In this document: in pieces, positions 35,815-45,764 of the stretch | Layout of the letters: each line of letters begins with the position of its first letter | Position numbering within the stretch: the stretch's first letter is position 1 | Assembly: GCA_963724885.1 (NCBI GenBank) | Contig: CAVRWG010000002.1 | Coordinates: 114,150 to 178,149 of the forward strand | Direction: 5' to 3' | Length of the DNA stretch: 64,000 nt | Origin: an uncultured Gemmatimonadaceae bacterium | GTDB lineage: Bacteria; Gemmatimonadota; Gemmatimonadetes; Gemmatimonadales; Gemmatimonadaceae | Translations under genes and position numbers: made by a program | The notes under the pieces: model-generated | The model's database searches: none | The model's input: only the letters and a program-made list of their open reading frames with translations | What the model was told of the DNA's origin: nothing

Positions 35815-38016
35815 GTGACCGACCACGAGAACGACGACATCTCGGGCGTTGCGATCGACTCCGTGATCAATCGCGCGGGGAGCGTACCCGCCGCGGCGTC
35901 GGTCGCGCCTCCGGTCACACGCGAGTCGTCCGCGTCGGGAGTCGAGCCCGACGCCGAGTCGGGGGTGCTCCAGCCGGACAACCCGTTGCTGCGGGCGTGG
36001 GAAGGTCCCTACGGAGGGGTCCCCCCATTCGACAGGATCCGCGTGGCGCACTTCGTTCCGGCGATCGAGGCCGGCATGCGGGAGAACCTCGCCGAGATCG
36101 ATCGCATCGCGGCCGATCCCGCGCCGCCCACGTTCGAGAACACGATCGCGCCGCAGGAACGGTCCGGCCGCGGCATCACGCGTGTGCTGGCCGCGTACGG
36201 CGTGTGGAGCGGCAACCTGAGTACGCCGGAGTTCCAGGCGGTGGAGCGCATGATGGCGCCGAAGCTCGCCGCGTTCTCCGACCGGATCACGCAGAACGCC
36301 GCGCTCTTCCGCCGCATCGACGCCGTCTTCAACTCGCCGGACAAGGCGCGTCTGAGCCCCGAACAGCAACGCCTGGTCTGGCTGTACCACACGACCTTCG
36401 TGCGGGCCGGGGCGCGCCTGGATGACGCCGCGCGAAAACGTGTGGCGGACATCAACGAGCGCCTGGCCACGCTCTTCACGGTATTCAGCCAGAACGTGCT
36501 CGCCGACGAGGCGAGTCGCTACCTGGTGCTCGAGAGCGACGCGGACCTGTCGGGGCTGCCGCGCTTCGTGCGCGACGCGGCCGCGGCGGCGGCCGCCTCC
36601 CGCGAATTGACAGGCAAGTGGGTCATCGCCAACGCGCGGTCCGCGATGGAGCCGTTCCTGTCATTCTCCAGCCGGCGCGATCTGCGTCAACGGGCATGGC
36701 GGCTGTTCGTGAGAAGGGGCGACAACGGCGATGCGCACGACAACAACCGGGCCATCGCCGAGATCCTCGCGCTCCGCGCCGAGCGCGCGAAGCTCCTCGG
36801 CTACGCGAGCCACGCCCACTGGCGCGTCGAGAACACCATGGCCGGGACGCCCGAGCGCGCGCTCGAGCTGATGCTCGCGGTCTGGCGTCCCGCCGTCGCG
36901 CGCGTGCGCGAGGAAGTGGCCGACATGCAGGCCATCGCGGACGCGGAAGGCGCCGGGATCACCATCGAGCCGTGGGACTACCGCTTCTACGCCGAGAAGG
37001 TGCGCAAGGCGAAGTACGACCTCGACGAGAACGAGATCAAGCCGTACCTCCAGCTGGAGCGGTTGCGCGACGCCATGTTCTGGGTGGCGGGCGAGTTGTT
37101 CGGATACCGGTTCTCGCAAGTCATGAACGTTCCGGTGTTCCACGCGGACGTGACCGTCTGGGAGGTGACGCACCCCGAGTCGGGCCGACACGTCGGCGTG
37201 TGGTACTTCGATCCCTACGCGCGGGCGGGCAAGCGCTCCGGCGCCTGGATGGACGCGTACCGCTCGCAGGAGCGCTTCGACGAGGCCGTCGCGACCATCG
37301 TCTCCAACAACTCGAACTTCCAGAAGGGCAGGCCCGGCGAGCCGGTGCTCGTGTCGTGGGACGACGCCATCACGCTCTTCCACGAATTCGGGCACGCGGT
37401 GCACGGTCTCGCGTCGAACGTCAACTATCCGTCCGTCTCCGGCACGGCGGTGCCGCGCGACTACGTGGAGTTTCCTTCACAGCTCCTGGAGCACTGGCTC
37501 CCGACGCCGGAAGTCCTGCGCCGCTTCGCGCTGCACCACGAGACGGGGGAACCGCTCCCCGAAGCGCTCGCGGAACGCATTGCCCGCGCCGCAACGTTCA
37601 ACGAGGGCTTTGCGACGGTGGAGTACCTCTCCGCCGCGCTCGTGGACATCAAGCTCCACCTCGCCGGCGAGTCGCTCGGCGACCCCGCGGCGTTCGAGCG
37701 CGAAACGCTCGCGGAGCTGGGCATGCCGCGCGAGATCGTCATGCGGCACCGCACGCCGCACTTCCTCCACGTCTTCTCGAGCGACAGCTATTCGGCGGGC
37801 TACTACAGCTACCTGTGGAGCGATGTGATCACCGCGGATGCGTTTGGCGCGTTCACGGACGCGGGCGGGCCGTACGATCCCGAGGTCGCGCGCCGCCTCG
37901 AGCACCTGTTGTCGCTCGGCAACACCGTCGATCCTGCCGAGGCGTATCGCGAGTTTCGTGGACGGGACCCGAGGGTCGAGGCCCTCATGCGGAAGCGCGG
38001 GTTTACGGCGAAATAG
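35815..38016 (+). CDS. dcp: M3-family peptidyl-dipeptidase Dcp / oligopeptidase
   Basis: HEFGHAVH zinc-binding motif and full-length M3 architecture (about 733 aa). Confidence 0.85.
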   Translation: MTDHENDDISGVAIDSVINRAGSVPAAASVAPPVTRESSASGVEPDAESGVLQPDNPLLRAWEGPYGGVPPFDRIRVAHFVPAIEAGMRENLAEIDRIAADPAPPTFENTIAPQERSGRGITRVLAAYGVWSGNLSTPEFQAVERMMAPKLAAFSDRITQNAALFRRIDAVFNSPDKARLSPEQQRLVWLYHTTFVRAGARLDDAARKRVADINERLATLFTVFSQNVLADEASRYLVLESDADLSGLPRFVRDAAAAAAASRELTGKWVIANARSAMEPFLSFSSRRDLRQRAWRLFVRRGDNGDAHDNNRAIAEILALRAERAKLLGYASHAHWRVENTMAGTPERALELMLAVWRPAVARVREEVADMQAIADAEGAGITIEPWDYRFYAEKVRKAKYDLDENEIKPYLQLERLRDAMFWVAGELFGYRFSQVMNVPVFHADVTVWEVTHPESGRHVGVWYFDPYARAGKRSGAWMDAYRSQERFDEAVATIVSNNSNFQKGRPGEPVLVSWDDAITLFHEFGHAVHGLASNVNYPSVSGTAVPRDYVEFPSQLLEHWLPTPEVLRRFALHHETGEPLPEALAERIARAATFNEGFATVEYLSAALVDIKLHLAGESLGDPAAFERETLAELGMPREIVMRHRTPHFLHVFSSDSYSAGYYSYLWSDVITADAFGAFTDAGGPYDPEVARRLEHLLSLGNTVDPAEAYREFRGRDPRVEALMRKRGFTAK

Positions 38017-38019
38017 GGC

Positions 38020-38066
38020 TCGGTGCTTGGGGCTTGGCGCCAAGCTCAAAGCCCCAAGCCCCAAGC
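38020..38066. terminator. Bidirectional hairpin terminator (13-bp perfect stem) between convergent genes
   Basis: gcttggggcttgg - 16-nt loop - ccaagccccaagc lies immediately after the dcp stop and the stop of the minus-strand gene. A GC-rich stem with no U-tract fits a high-GC genome. Confidence 0.5.
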
Positions 38067-38070
38067 TGCC

Positions 38071-38331
38071 TTACTTCCAGCTTCCAGCCTCGCGCAGCTG
38101 CTCCACTGACTCCGGCTGGACGGAAATCATGTGGTCGCACCGCGGGCACACGTCCACCAGCACGTGAGGCACCACCAGGCGCGTGCGCGCCAGCTCCACC
38201 GATCTGCGCATGAGCTTCGCGCGGACTATGCTCTTGCAGCGCGGACAGGCGCTCGTGACGAACTCACCAGCTTCCGGACTTGCGATCATGGCCCTCTCCT
38301 TCGGGTAGAAGACGCCGACTCGCGTCATCAC
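38071..38331 (-). CDS. Small zinc-ribbon protein (two CPRC motifs), hypothetical
   Basis: ACPRCKSIV...VCPRCDHMISV across 86 aa. Confidence 0.4.
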   Translation of the reverse strand: MMTRVGVFYPKERAMIASPEAGEFVTSACPRCKSIVRAKLMRRSVELARTRLVVPHVLVDVCPRCDHMISVQPESVEQLREAGSWK

Positions 38332-38496
38332 GTCCCGACCTACGGCGCGGCGAACTTAAAGATTCAGCGAACCGTCGAAACACGCGGTTATGACGGTCCC
38401 CTCACCATTCGCGCGCGCGGCTCAGTCAGGGCGGAGCGACGGCACAAATCACGCACTGCGCACCCTGCGGCCCCCTTGGCCCACGGAGTGGCAGGA

Positions 38497-40428
38497 ATGA
38501 AATCGCAGCACGACACGCTGAGCCTGGATGCCCTCACCGAGCGCTACGAGGTCATGGGCGAGCTCGCCGGCAGGGACGACGCGCGGACATTCATCGGACG
38601 ACGCCGCGACGACGGCGTCGACGTGCTCATCGCGGTTTCGCGAACGCCCGAAGGCGACGAGGGCAACGCGCTCAGCCACGTGGCGTCGGACGCGCAGTTG
38701 CTGGCGGCACAACCCCATCCGAACGTCGTTCCCGTCCTCGATGGCCAATGGGTGGGAACGGATGCGTTCGCCGTCGTCAGCGAACGATCGGGCGCTCCAT
38801 CCGTGAAGGACATCCTGGCGCGTCGCGACGAGGAGTTCCCCTTTCCCCGCATCGCCGCGATTCTCCAATCAGTCAATCATGCGCTCGAGTGGGCTCGCGA
38901 GCGCAAGATCGTGCATCGCGGCGTCGCGCTGGACACGTTGTTCATCGAGCCCGGCAGCGACCACGTACGTGTGACGTTCGCCGTGCAGGCGCTGCCGCGC
39001 TCGGGCATGCCGGGCGCCGAGACCGACGCGCGAACGATCGCCGGCCTCGCGCGGGCGATGATGACGCGCAGCGCCGCCGATCCGGAGCGTGACAACCGTC
39101 CGCTGGTGGAGGTCCGTCCCGGGCTGCCCGCGGCGTTGATCGCGCAGACGGAGGCGCTGCTCGGGAAGTCACGCTCCGGCCAGGCACCGCCGGACGTGTC
39201 GGGATACATCGCCTCGCTCGCGATGGCCGACGCGCTCAAGTCGGGCGAGACCCACCTTGAGAAGACGCGCCACATCATCGAGGAGCAGCGGCGCCTGCAT
39301 CGCGAGCATCTGGAGAAGGAGCGGCGGCAGCACGACGAGCATCTGGCGGCCGAGCGGGCCGCGCATCAGGAGGAAGTCGCCGAACAGGCAAGGCGTTTCG
39401 AGAAGGAGCGCGACGACTTCGCGATCGCTCTCGGGAAGGAGCGCACGAGCCTCGAGCGGGAGCGCCAGAGCGTGGCGAAGGAACGCTCCGCGCACGCCCG
39501 CGACTGCGCGACGCTCAAGCGCGAGCGGGAAGCGCACGAGCGCGACGTGGCCGCGATGCGGGAGAAGCTGGAGTGGGAGAGCGCCGCGTTGAAGACGCAG
39601 GCCGAACGCTTTGCCGGAAAAGGCGAGCCGGAGACGGACCTGGTGCTGTCGGATCTGGATCGCGAGCTGGACCGGGAGCTGGACCGCGAGCTGGACCGGG
39701 AGCCGGACCGCGAGCCGGACCGCGAGCCGGACCGCGAGCCGGGCCGCGAACGGGACCGTCCACGCCGCGCCGCACCTGTCCCGACCCCAAGGCCCGTGTC
39801 GCCGGAACCGGTGTTGCTGAACCCGGCCGCGCCCACGTGGATGACATCGAAGCGCCCATCGTCGCGAAAGACAAAGACCGGCCCGTCGCTCTGGACGCGC
39901 GCGACCGCGCTCGTGCCGCGGTGGAAGCGGTCCTGGACGGTCCCGGCGGTCGCGGGCGGTGTGCTTCTGGTCGTGGCTGGAGCCGCGATCGGCCTCAGGC
40001 GCGAGGCAACCGTTGCAACGAAGCCGCCGGGCCGCGTCGTGGATTCGGTTGCCGGCGCCGTGCGGGTCGAGACGCTCCGGGTAGCCCCGCGGCCCGATAC
40101 GTCGGGTGTTGCGGGCGTGCCAACCGACCTCATGACCGGTGTTGCGGGCCGGGCCGACTCGGCGCCAACCAGCGAACCGTCCGACGCCCCCTCGTCCCAG
40201 CCGACCACGCCCACCGAGCAACCGGTCGACGTCGAACCGGCGCCACGGCGGGAGGAACGCGCCTACGATACGGCCGCCCAACGTCCTACGCGGGGATCCG
40301 GGAATACCATGTACATCCCGTCAGTGGGTGAAGTCCGCGTGGACAGCGTGCGGCGCGGCGGCGTCATGTACCGGCCCGGCGAGCCCGCTGGTGGCGACTC
40401 ACTGATCCCACGGATTCCACCGCGTTAA
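38497..40428 (+). CDS. Ser/Thr protein kinase-like (probably pseudokinase) membrane protein with ER/K-rich coiled coil, DREL/DREP tandem repeat and single TM
   Basis: The kinase-like N-domain (YEVMGELAGRDDARTFIG...KIVHRGVALDTLFI) has HRG in place of HRD. It is followed by a long charged helix, (DREL)3(DREP)4, the TM WTVPAVAGGVLLVVAGAAIGL, and a Pro/Ser/Thr-rich extracellular tail. Confidence 0.55.
   Translation: MKSQHDTLSLDALTERYEVMGELAGRDDARTFIGRRRDDGVDVLIAVSRTPEGDEGNALSHVASDAQLLAAQPHPNVVPVLDGQWVGTDAFAVVSERSGAPSVKDILARRDEEFPFPRIAAILQSVNHALEWARERKIVHRGVALDTLFIEPGSDHVRVTFAVQALPRSGMPGAETDARTIAGLARAMMTRSAADPERDNRPLVEVRPGLPAALIAQTEALLGKSRSGQAPPDVSGYIASLAMADALKSGETHLEKTRHIIEEQRRLHREHLEKERRQHDEHLAAERAAHQEEVAEQARRFEKERDDFAIALGKERTSLERERQSVAKERSAHARDCATLKREREAHERDVAAMREKLEWESAALKTQAERFAGKGEPETDLVLSDLDRELDRELDRELDREPDREPDREPDREPGRERDRPRRAAPVPTPRPVSPEPVLLNPAAPTWMTSKRPSSRKTKTGPSLWTRATALVPRWKRSWTVPAVAGGVLLVVAGAAIGLRREATVATKPPGRVVDSVAGAVRVETLRVAPRPDTSGVAGVPTDLMTGVAGRADSAPTSEPSDAPSSQPTTPTEQPVDVEPAPRREERAYDTAAQRPTRGSGNTMYIPSVGEVRVDSVRRGGVMYRPGEPAGGDSLIPRIPPR
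39658..39750 (+). repeat. Tandem 12-bp repeat (GACCG[CG]GAGC[TC]G) x about 8 within the coding sequence
   Basis: gatcgcgagctggaccgggagctggaccgcgagctggaccgggagccggaccgcgagccggaccgcgagccggaccgcgagccgggccgcgaa. Confidence 0.7.
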
Positions 40429-40548
40429 CCCGCCAATTCCGGCGTTGAAGCGCGGGGGTGGAGAAACGAGTCTCGTTTCCACGCCCGCGCTTCTGTCGTC
40501 TTCTGCCGTCACCTCCCATTCCGAGATTACGCCCTCACAACGGCGCTC

Positions 40549-42291
40549 GTGACGAAGCAGAAAAGTGTGTCCGCGGTCACGCAGGTAACGCAGTTCCTGA
40601 GGGTGCCGCGCTTCGACAGCATCAAGAGCCGGATCCTCGTGCTCGCTGTCGTCGGCGCGCTGCTTCCGGCTGGCACCATGCTCGGCGTCGCCTACCGCCA
40701 GACGCGCAACGCACTCGAGGACAGGATCACCGACGACCTCGTGACCGAGAGCAGCCAGACGGCGCGCGGTGTCAACGTCTGGCTCAAGGAACGCCTTTAC
40801 GATCTGCGGATCTTCGCCGCCTCGGAGGAGGTGGTGAGCAACCTCGGGCGTTCGTCCCGCCAGGGCGAGGGCAGCACCCGGTTGCGCGACTATCTGCGCT
40901 CGCTCCACGCGCGCATCCCGGACTTCGAGCAGTTCTACGTTCTCGACGCGAAGGGACGCGTGCTCGCTTCGAGCGGCGCCGAGTCGCGCGGCGTGAAGCT
41001 GCCCGGGGACTGGCAGCGGGCGTTCCGTACCGCGGGTCAGGCGGTGGGCGACGCCTACTGGGACACCCGCGCGGCGAAGGGCAAGATGATCGTCGCGGTT
41101 CCCGTGCAGCTGGCGGGCGGCCAGGTGGCCGGCGCGTTCGCGGCCGAGCTGAGTCTGGCGCCGCTGCAGGCGACCATCCGCGAATTCGCGCGCGATACCT
41201 CGGTCAACGGCGTCTACCTCGCCAGCGACAGCGGCCACGTGCTCGCCAGGACTGGCGAAGTCTCCAGGCGTCTGCTGAACATCCGGCTCAATCCGGTGAC
41301 GATGCAACGGCTGGCGCGGCGGGAGAACGTCGCGACCACGTATGTGAACTTCGAGGGCCGCGAAGTGCTCGGCACGCTCGAGCGGGTGCCCCAGACGCAG
41401 TGGAGCGTGATCGCGGAAGTCCCGATCGACGTCACGTTCGCCGAGGTGCGCAACTTCCGCAACTTCGGGCTGCTCGTTGGCGCGTTTGTGCTCCTCATCG
41501 TGGCGTGGACGGCCTACCGGCTCGGCATCCTCATCGTGCGGCCGCTGGAGCGTCTCGCGGCCGGCGCGTCCGAAGTGGCTCGCGGCGATCTCGATGTGGA
41601 TCTCCCCGATGCCGGCGGCGCCGGTGAAGTGGGCGTGCTCACGACGGTCTTCAACGGCATGGTGCAGCGCCTGCGCGGCGGGCGGCAGCAGCTGGCGAGC
41701 GCCAACGAAACGTTGCGCAACAAGAACGAAGAGCTGGAGCGCCTGTCGGTGACCGACGGCCTCACGGGGCTGGCGAACCACCGCGCGCTGATGCAGCGCC
41801 TCACCGAGGAAGGCACGCGGTCAATACGGAACAAGCGCGGCTTCGCGGTGATCATGTGCGACGTGGATCACTTCAAGCAGTTCAACGACGAGTTCGGGCA
41901 CCCGGCCGGCGACGAAGTACTGAAGCTGGTGGCCGGCCTCGTGCGCGACTCGACGCGCACGGTGGATTGCGCCGCCCGGTACGGCGGGGAAGAGTTCGCG
42001 CTGCTTCTCCCGGAGACCGATCTCGCCGGGGCGCTGGAGGTGGCGGAGCGCATCCGGTCGCGCGTGGAGCGTCGCGACTTCCCCGGACGCAAGATTACCG
42101 TGAGCCTTGGCGTGGCGGAGTACCCGAAGCACGCCAGAACGCCGCAGGAGGTCGTCGCGGAGGCGGACGCGGCGCTCTACGAGGCCAAGCGGGCCGGCCG
42201 CAACCAGGTGAAGTGGGCGAAGACGAGCCGCACGCCAAGGGTCCCTACGGCGCGGCAGCCGCGGTCCGTCGCCGTCCGAAAGAAGGGCTGA
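40549..42291 (+). CDS. Diguanylate cyclase (GGDEF) with N-terminal periplasmic Cache-like sensor and HAMP
   Basis: RYGGEEF active-site motif, two TM helices flanking an approximately 270-aa periplasmic domain, and a HAMP-like linker (VARGDLDVDLPDAGGAGEVGVLTTVFNGMV). Confidence 0.8.
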   Translation: MTKQKSVSAVTQVTQFLRVPRFDSIKSRILVLAVVGALLPAGTMLGVAYRQTRNALEDRITDDLVTESSQTARGVNVWLKERLYDLRIFAASEEVVSNLGRSSRQGEGSTRLRDYLRSLHARIPDFEQFYVLDAKGRVLASSGAESRGVKLPGDWQRAFRTAGQAVGDAYWDTRAAKGKMIVAVPVQLAGGQVAGAFAAELSLAPLQATIREFARDTSVNGVYLASDSGHVLARTGEVSRRLLNIRLNPVTMQRLARRENVATTYVNFEGREVLGTLERVPQTQWSVIAEVPIDVTFAEVRNFRNFGLLVGAFVLLIVAWTAYRLGILIVRPLERLAAGASEVARGDLDVDLPDAGGAGEVGVLTTVFNGMVQRLRGGRQQLASANETLRNKNEELERLSVTDGLTGLANHRALMQRLTEEGTRSIRNKRGFAVIMCDVDHFKQFNDEFGHPAGDEVLKLVAGLVRDSTRTVDCAARYGGEEFALLLPETDLAGALEVAERIRSRVERRDFPGRKITVSLGVAEYPKHARTPQEVVAEADAALYEAKRAGRNQVKWAKTSRTPRVPTARQPRSVAVRKKG

Positions 42292-42292
42292 G

Positions 42293-42997
42293 CTACGGGC
42301 GCGTGATCAGCGTGCGGTAGATCCAGCCGCTGCGCCCGCCGTCGTCGATTACGCGCACCCACTCGTCCGTATACGCGAAGCCGGTGAGGGCGTTGCCGCC
42401 TTCCACCGCGAACGCCACGTCGAAGTTGGTGCCCGGGCCTTCGCGCACGTTGCCGCGGTTCGCCACCTTGAGGCGGATGGGCAGCGCGAACGGCGTCTCG
42501 CCCGGCCGTGCCGCGCCGCGCTGCCCACTGGACAGCCGCGCGCGTCCCGCTGTCGCGGCGCTCTTCGCCTCGGCCGCGAGATACAGCGCGCCGCCGTAGT
42601 TCTGCTTGTTGAACTCGGCCGTGCTGTGCTGCACCAGCCGCTGCGTGCGGGCCAGTTCCGGGAGTTGGCGCGCGCCATCGCTGTTGCGCAGCGACTGCAA
42701 CGCCACCTCCGCCTCCGCCATCGCGGACGCGGCCTCGGCGCGGCTCGCCAGCGTCTCGAGCTTCGCCATCGTCCGCACTACTTCCTCGCGCGCGTCGCTC
42801 AGCCGCGTCTCCAGTTCGTCCACCTGCGCTTCCTTCTCGAGCAAACGCAACTCGAGCCGCGCCGCGCGCCGCTCCAGGTCCCGTACGGTCACGGTCTCGC
42901 GCGGGCCCCGCGATCGCGAAGTCCCTGAAGGATTCGTCGAAGCGCACGCGGACAGGGCCGCGGCGGCCAGGAACAGGACAGCAGCGCGCAAGGGCAT
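42293..42997 (-). CDS. Lipoprotein with coiled coil and C-terminal bacterial SH3 domain
   Basis: MPLRAAVLFLAAAALSACAS lipobox, a heptad-rich middle region, and a C-terminal SH3b-like segment VANRGNVREGPGTNFDVAFAVEGGNALTGFAYTDEWVRV. Confidence 0.5.
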   Translation of the reverse strand: MPLRAAVLFLAAAALSACASTNPSGTSRSRGPRETVTVRDLERRAARLELRLLEKEAQVDELETRLSDAREEVVRTMAKLETLASRAEAASAMAEAEVALQSLRNSDGARQLPELARTQRLVQHSTAEFNKQNYGGALYLAAEAKSAATAGRARLSSGQRGAARPGETPFALPIRLKVANRGNVREGPGTNFDVAFAVEGGNALTGFAYTDEWVRVIDDGGRSGWIYRTLITRP

Positions 42998-43149
42998 ACC
43001 GGACAGCGGCAGGAATGAACCTTCGGGAGTGATGGTCGTCGCACTCGGACAACCAGAATCCAGACGATCCGGGCTCATTGCCGCCACGCCCGGGACTCCC
43101 CCAGGGAGGGAGCCGCGCGATGGGAAGCCCCCAGATCTCCTTCCGACTG

Positions 43150-43330
43150 GCGTAAGGCTATCGCGGACCACGCGGAACACGCGGACAACTGACGCGGACC
43201 TTCAACAGCCGGTCCTTGCCTTGCGCGACTGACTCTCCCGCAAAAACCAACAGAAGCAGTTGCAGGTCCGCGTGTTTTTTCCGCGTCGTCCGCGTAGTCC
43301 GCGTTAACCGTACGCCACCGGGAGCTCTGA
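43150..43330. repeat. Intergenic palindromic repeat element, copy A (ACGCGGA x3-4 ... GCAGGTCCGCG ... TCCGCGT x3)
   Basis: ctatcgcggaccacgcggaacacgcggacaactgacgcggacc ... gcagttgcaggtccgcgtgttttttccgcgtcgtccgcgtagtccgcg. Shares architecture and motifs with copy B at 49160-49330. Confidence 0.55.
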
Positions 43331-43425
43331 AGAACGACCTTGAACCGCCGGCTCGCGATATCCGGTGGCAGAGCAGTATCATCAGGGGCCCTCCTTCACA
43401 CTTTCACACTCGGACAGGTGCAATC

Positions 43426-44886
43426 ATGGCAGCTGCTCGCGGCTCGGCGCTCGTCATCCCCTTCGTGCTCGTCCTGGCAACAACGGCGGCACGGCAGCTC
43501 GCGGCGCAGCGTCAAACCGGATACGCGTCCGGGTCGCTCACGGCGCACCAGCAGCTCACGCGCGACATCTACAAGCAGCTCGTCGAGATCAAGAGCACCG
43601 TGTACACCGGGAACATCACGCACGCGGCGGTCGCGATGGCGCAGCGGTTCCGCGAGGCGGGGATTCCCGAGGCGGACATCTTCGTCGGCGGCCCCAGGCC
43701 CGAGAAGCACAACGTGGTCGCCCGCGTGCGCGGCAGGCCGGGCTCCGCGCGCAAGCCGATCCTGCTGCTCGCGCACCTCGACGTCGTGGAGGCGCTCAAG
43801 GAGGACTGGTCGCCCGACCTCGACCCGTTCGTGTTCGTGGAGCGCGACGGCTACTACTACGGCCGCGGCACGTCGGACGACAAGGCGATGGCCGCGATCT
43901 TCGTCGCCAACGTCTACCGGATGAAGCAGGAGGGCTTCGTCCCCGATCGCGACATCATCATCGCGCTCACGGCGGACGAGGAGGGCGGCCCCGCGAACGG
44001 CGTGGACTGGCTGCTGAAGAACCACGCCGACAAGATGGATGCGGCCATCGTGCTCAACGAGGGCGGCGGCGGCACGCACAAGAGCGGCAAGCCGATGTAC
44101 AACTCGGTGCAGGCGACGGAGAAAGTGTTCGCCAACGTGGTGCTGCGCGCCACCAACCGCGGCGGACATTCGTCGGTGCCGCGTGCCGACAACGCGATCA
44201 CCGCGCTCTCCGAGGCGCTTGTGAAAGTCGGACGCCACAGCTTTCCGGTGCAGTTCAACGAAGTGACGCGCGAGTTCTTCAGCAAGACAGCGCTCATCGA
44301 GGCGCCGGCAATGGGTCGCGCGATGCGCGCGCTGGTCGCCAACCCGAACGACGCCGCCGCGCTCGCCGTCGTCGCCGCGGACCCGCGCTACAACTCGATG
44401 CTGCGCACCACGTGCGTCGCGACGCTGCTCAGGGGCGGCCACGCCGAGAACGCGCTGCCGCAGCTGGCGGAGGCCAACGTGAACTGCCGCATGTACCCCG
44501 GCGCCACGGCGGAGCAGACGCGCGCCGCGCTCGAGCGCGTCGTGAACGACACCAGCATCGCGGTCACCGCCTCGTTCGAGAGCCGGCCGCCGGAGCCGCC
44601 CACGCGGCTGCTGCCCGAGGTCATGGAGCCCATCGCGCGCATCACACGCGAGATGTTCGGCGACATTCCCGTCATCCCGACAATGTCCACCGGCGCCACG
44701 GACTCGCGCTACTTCAGGCAGCGCGGCATCCCGGCGTTCGGCGTTTCCGGACTGTTCAGCGATCCGGCGGTGGACGCGAGGGCGCACGGCCGCGACGAGC
44801 GCATGCGGGTCCAGTCGCTCTTCGAGGGACAGGAGTTTCTCTATCGACTGACCAGGGCACTGACGACCTCCAGCGTGACCCCATAG
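43426..44886 (+). CDS. M20-family peptidase (secreted), third paralog in the window
   Basis: Signal peptide, and LAHLDVV, GTSDDK, ADEEGG and NEGGGG motifs. Confidence 0.8.
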   Translation: MAAARGSALVIPFVLVLATTAARQLAAQRQTGYASGSLTAHQQLTRDIYKQLVEIKSTVYTGNITHAAVAMAQRFREAGIPEADIFVGGPRPEKHNVVARVRGRPGSARKPILLLAHLDVVEALKEDWSPDLDPFVFVERDGYYYGRGTSDDKAMAAIFVANVYRMKQEGFVPDRDIIIALTADEEGGPANGVDWLLKNHADKMDAAIVLNEGGGGTHKSGKPMYNSVQATEKVFANVVLRATNRGGHSSVPRADNAITALSEALVKVGRHSFPVQFNEVTREFFSKTALIEAPAMGRAMRALVANPNDAAALAVVAADPRYNSMLRTTCVATLLRGGHAENALPQLAEANVNCRMYPGATAEQTRAALERVVNDTSIAVTASFESRPPEPPTRLLPEVMEPIARITREMFGDIPVIPTMSTGATDSRYFRQRGIPAFGVSGLFSDPAVDARAHGRDERMRVQSLFEGQEFLYRLTRALTTSSVTP

Positions 44887-45092
44887 CCGAATGGCTCCAC
44901 GTCCGACGGGAATGGCTTCACAGTCCGAAGGGTTGATGCGGATTCAGGCCGATTCTGACCGATCACGCCGATAGAGAAGGACAAACGTGCCGGCCTTCAG
45001 CTCGCATGGGCTCCATCGGCGAGAATCGGCTCGATTCGGCGTCAATCCGCGTGGCCCTTCGGGCTGTGGGGCCTTTCGCTAACATTCAGAGC

Positions 45093-45749
45093 ATGAGGAA
45101 GCGAGATCGCCACGCTGAATCCGATCCCCGTCCCCCAGCGCCCGAAGCTCAGGGCGACGGCGAGCCGGTGTCCGACGTGCCTGATGCCGACGCGTCGAGC
45201 GCTCATGCGGCGTCAGACGACGAGACCAACGAGGCCGAGATGGACGCGAGCCCTCAGACGCGCGGCGGGGCACGTGTGGCGAACGCGGAGCCGATGCATG
45301 ACGAGCTGACGCGGCAGCTCAACGACCAGCGCGACCGGTACCTGCGGCTCGCCGCCGAGTACGACAACTATCGCAAGCGCACCATGAAGGAGCGCTCCGA
45401 GGCCGGCGCCCGCGGGCAGGCGGACCTCGTCACCAGGATGCTCGAAGCGATCGACGACCTCGCGCGGTTCGCCCATATCGATCCCGCGAGCACGGACGCG
45501 ATGACGCTGCACAAGGGCATCGAGATGGTCGAGCAGAAGATGCTCAAGTTGCTCGGAGGGGCGGGGCTCGAGGTCATCAACCCGATCGACCAGACGTTCG
45601 ATCCCACCGTGCACGAAGCCGTCACGACCGAGCCGGCGCTCTCTCCCGAAGACGACGACACCGTCGCGAGGGTCTTCCTGCCCGGGTACCGCTTCAACGG
45701 CCAGCTCCTGCGTCCGGCGCGCGTGGTCGTGAAGCAGTGGCAAGGCTGA
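45093..45749 (+). CDS. grpE: Nucleotide exchange factor GrpE
   Basis: LRLAAEYDNYRKRTMKE, the conserved GrpE core, with an acidic N-terminal tail. Confidence 0.85.
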   Translation: MRKRDRHAESDPRPPAPEAQGDGEPVSDVPDADASSAHAASDDETNEAEMDASPQTRGGARVANAEPMHDELTRQLNDQRDRYLRLAAEYDNYRKRTMKERSEAGARGQADLVTRMLEAIDDLARFAHIDPASTDAMTLHKGIEMVEQKMLKLLGGAGLEVINPIDQTFDPTVHEAVTTEPALSPEDDDTVARVFLPGYRFNGQLLRPARVVVKQWQG

Positions 45750-45764
45750 GCACGTACTGACTCT

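Noticed and set aside
38131-38496. Upstream extension of the kinase-like ORF to 38131
   Set aside because: The extension overlaps the convergent zinc-ribbon gene and the terminator hairpin and has no RBS. The ATG at 38497 follows a clear intergenic gap.
43150-43330. Palindromic repeat element as a promoter/operator specific to the downstream M20 gene
   Set aside because: A near-identical element at 49160-49330 lies between convergent 3' ends, so a gene-specific operator role is unlikely. I reported it as a dispersed repeat instead.
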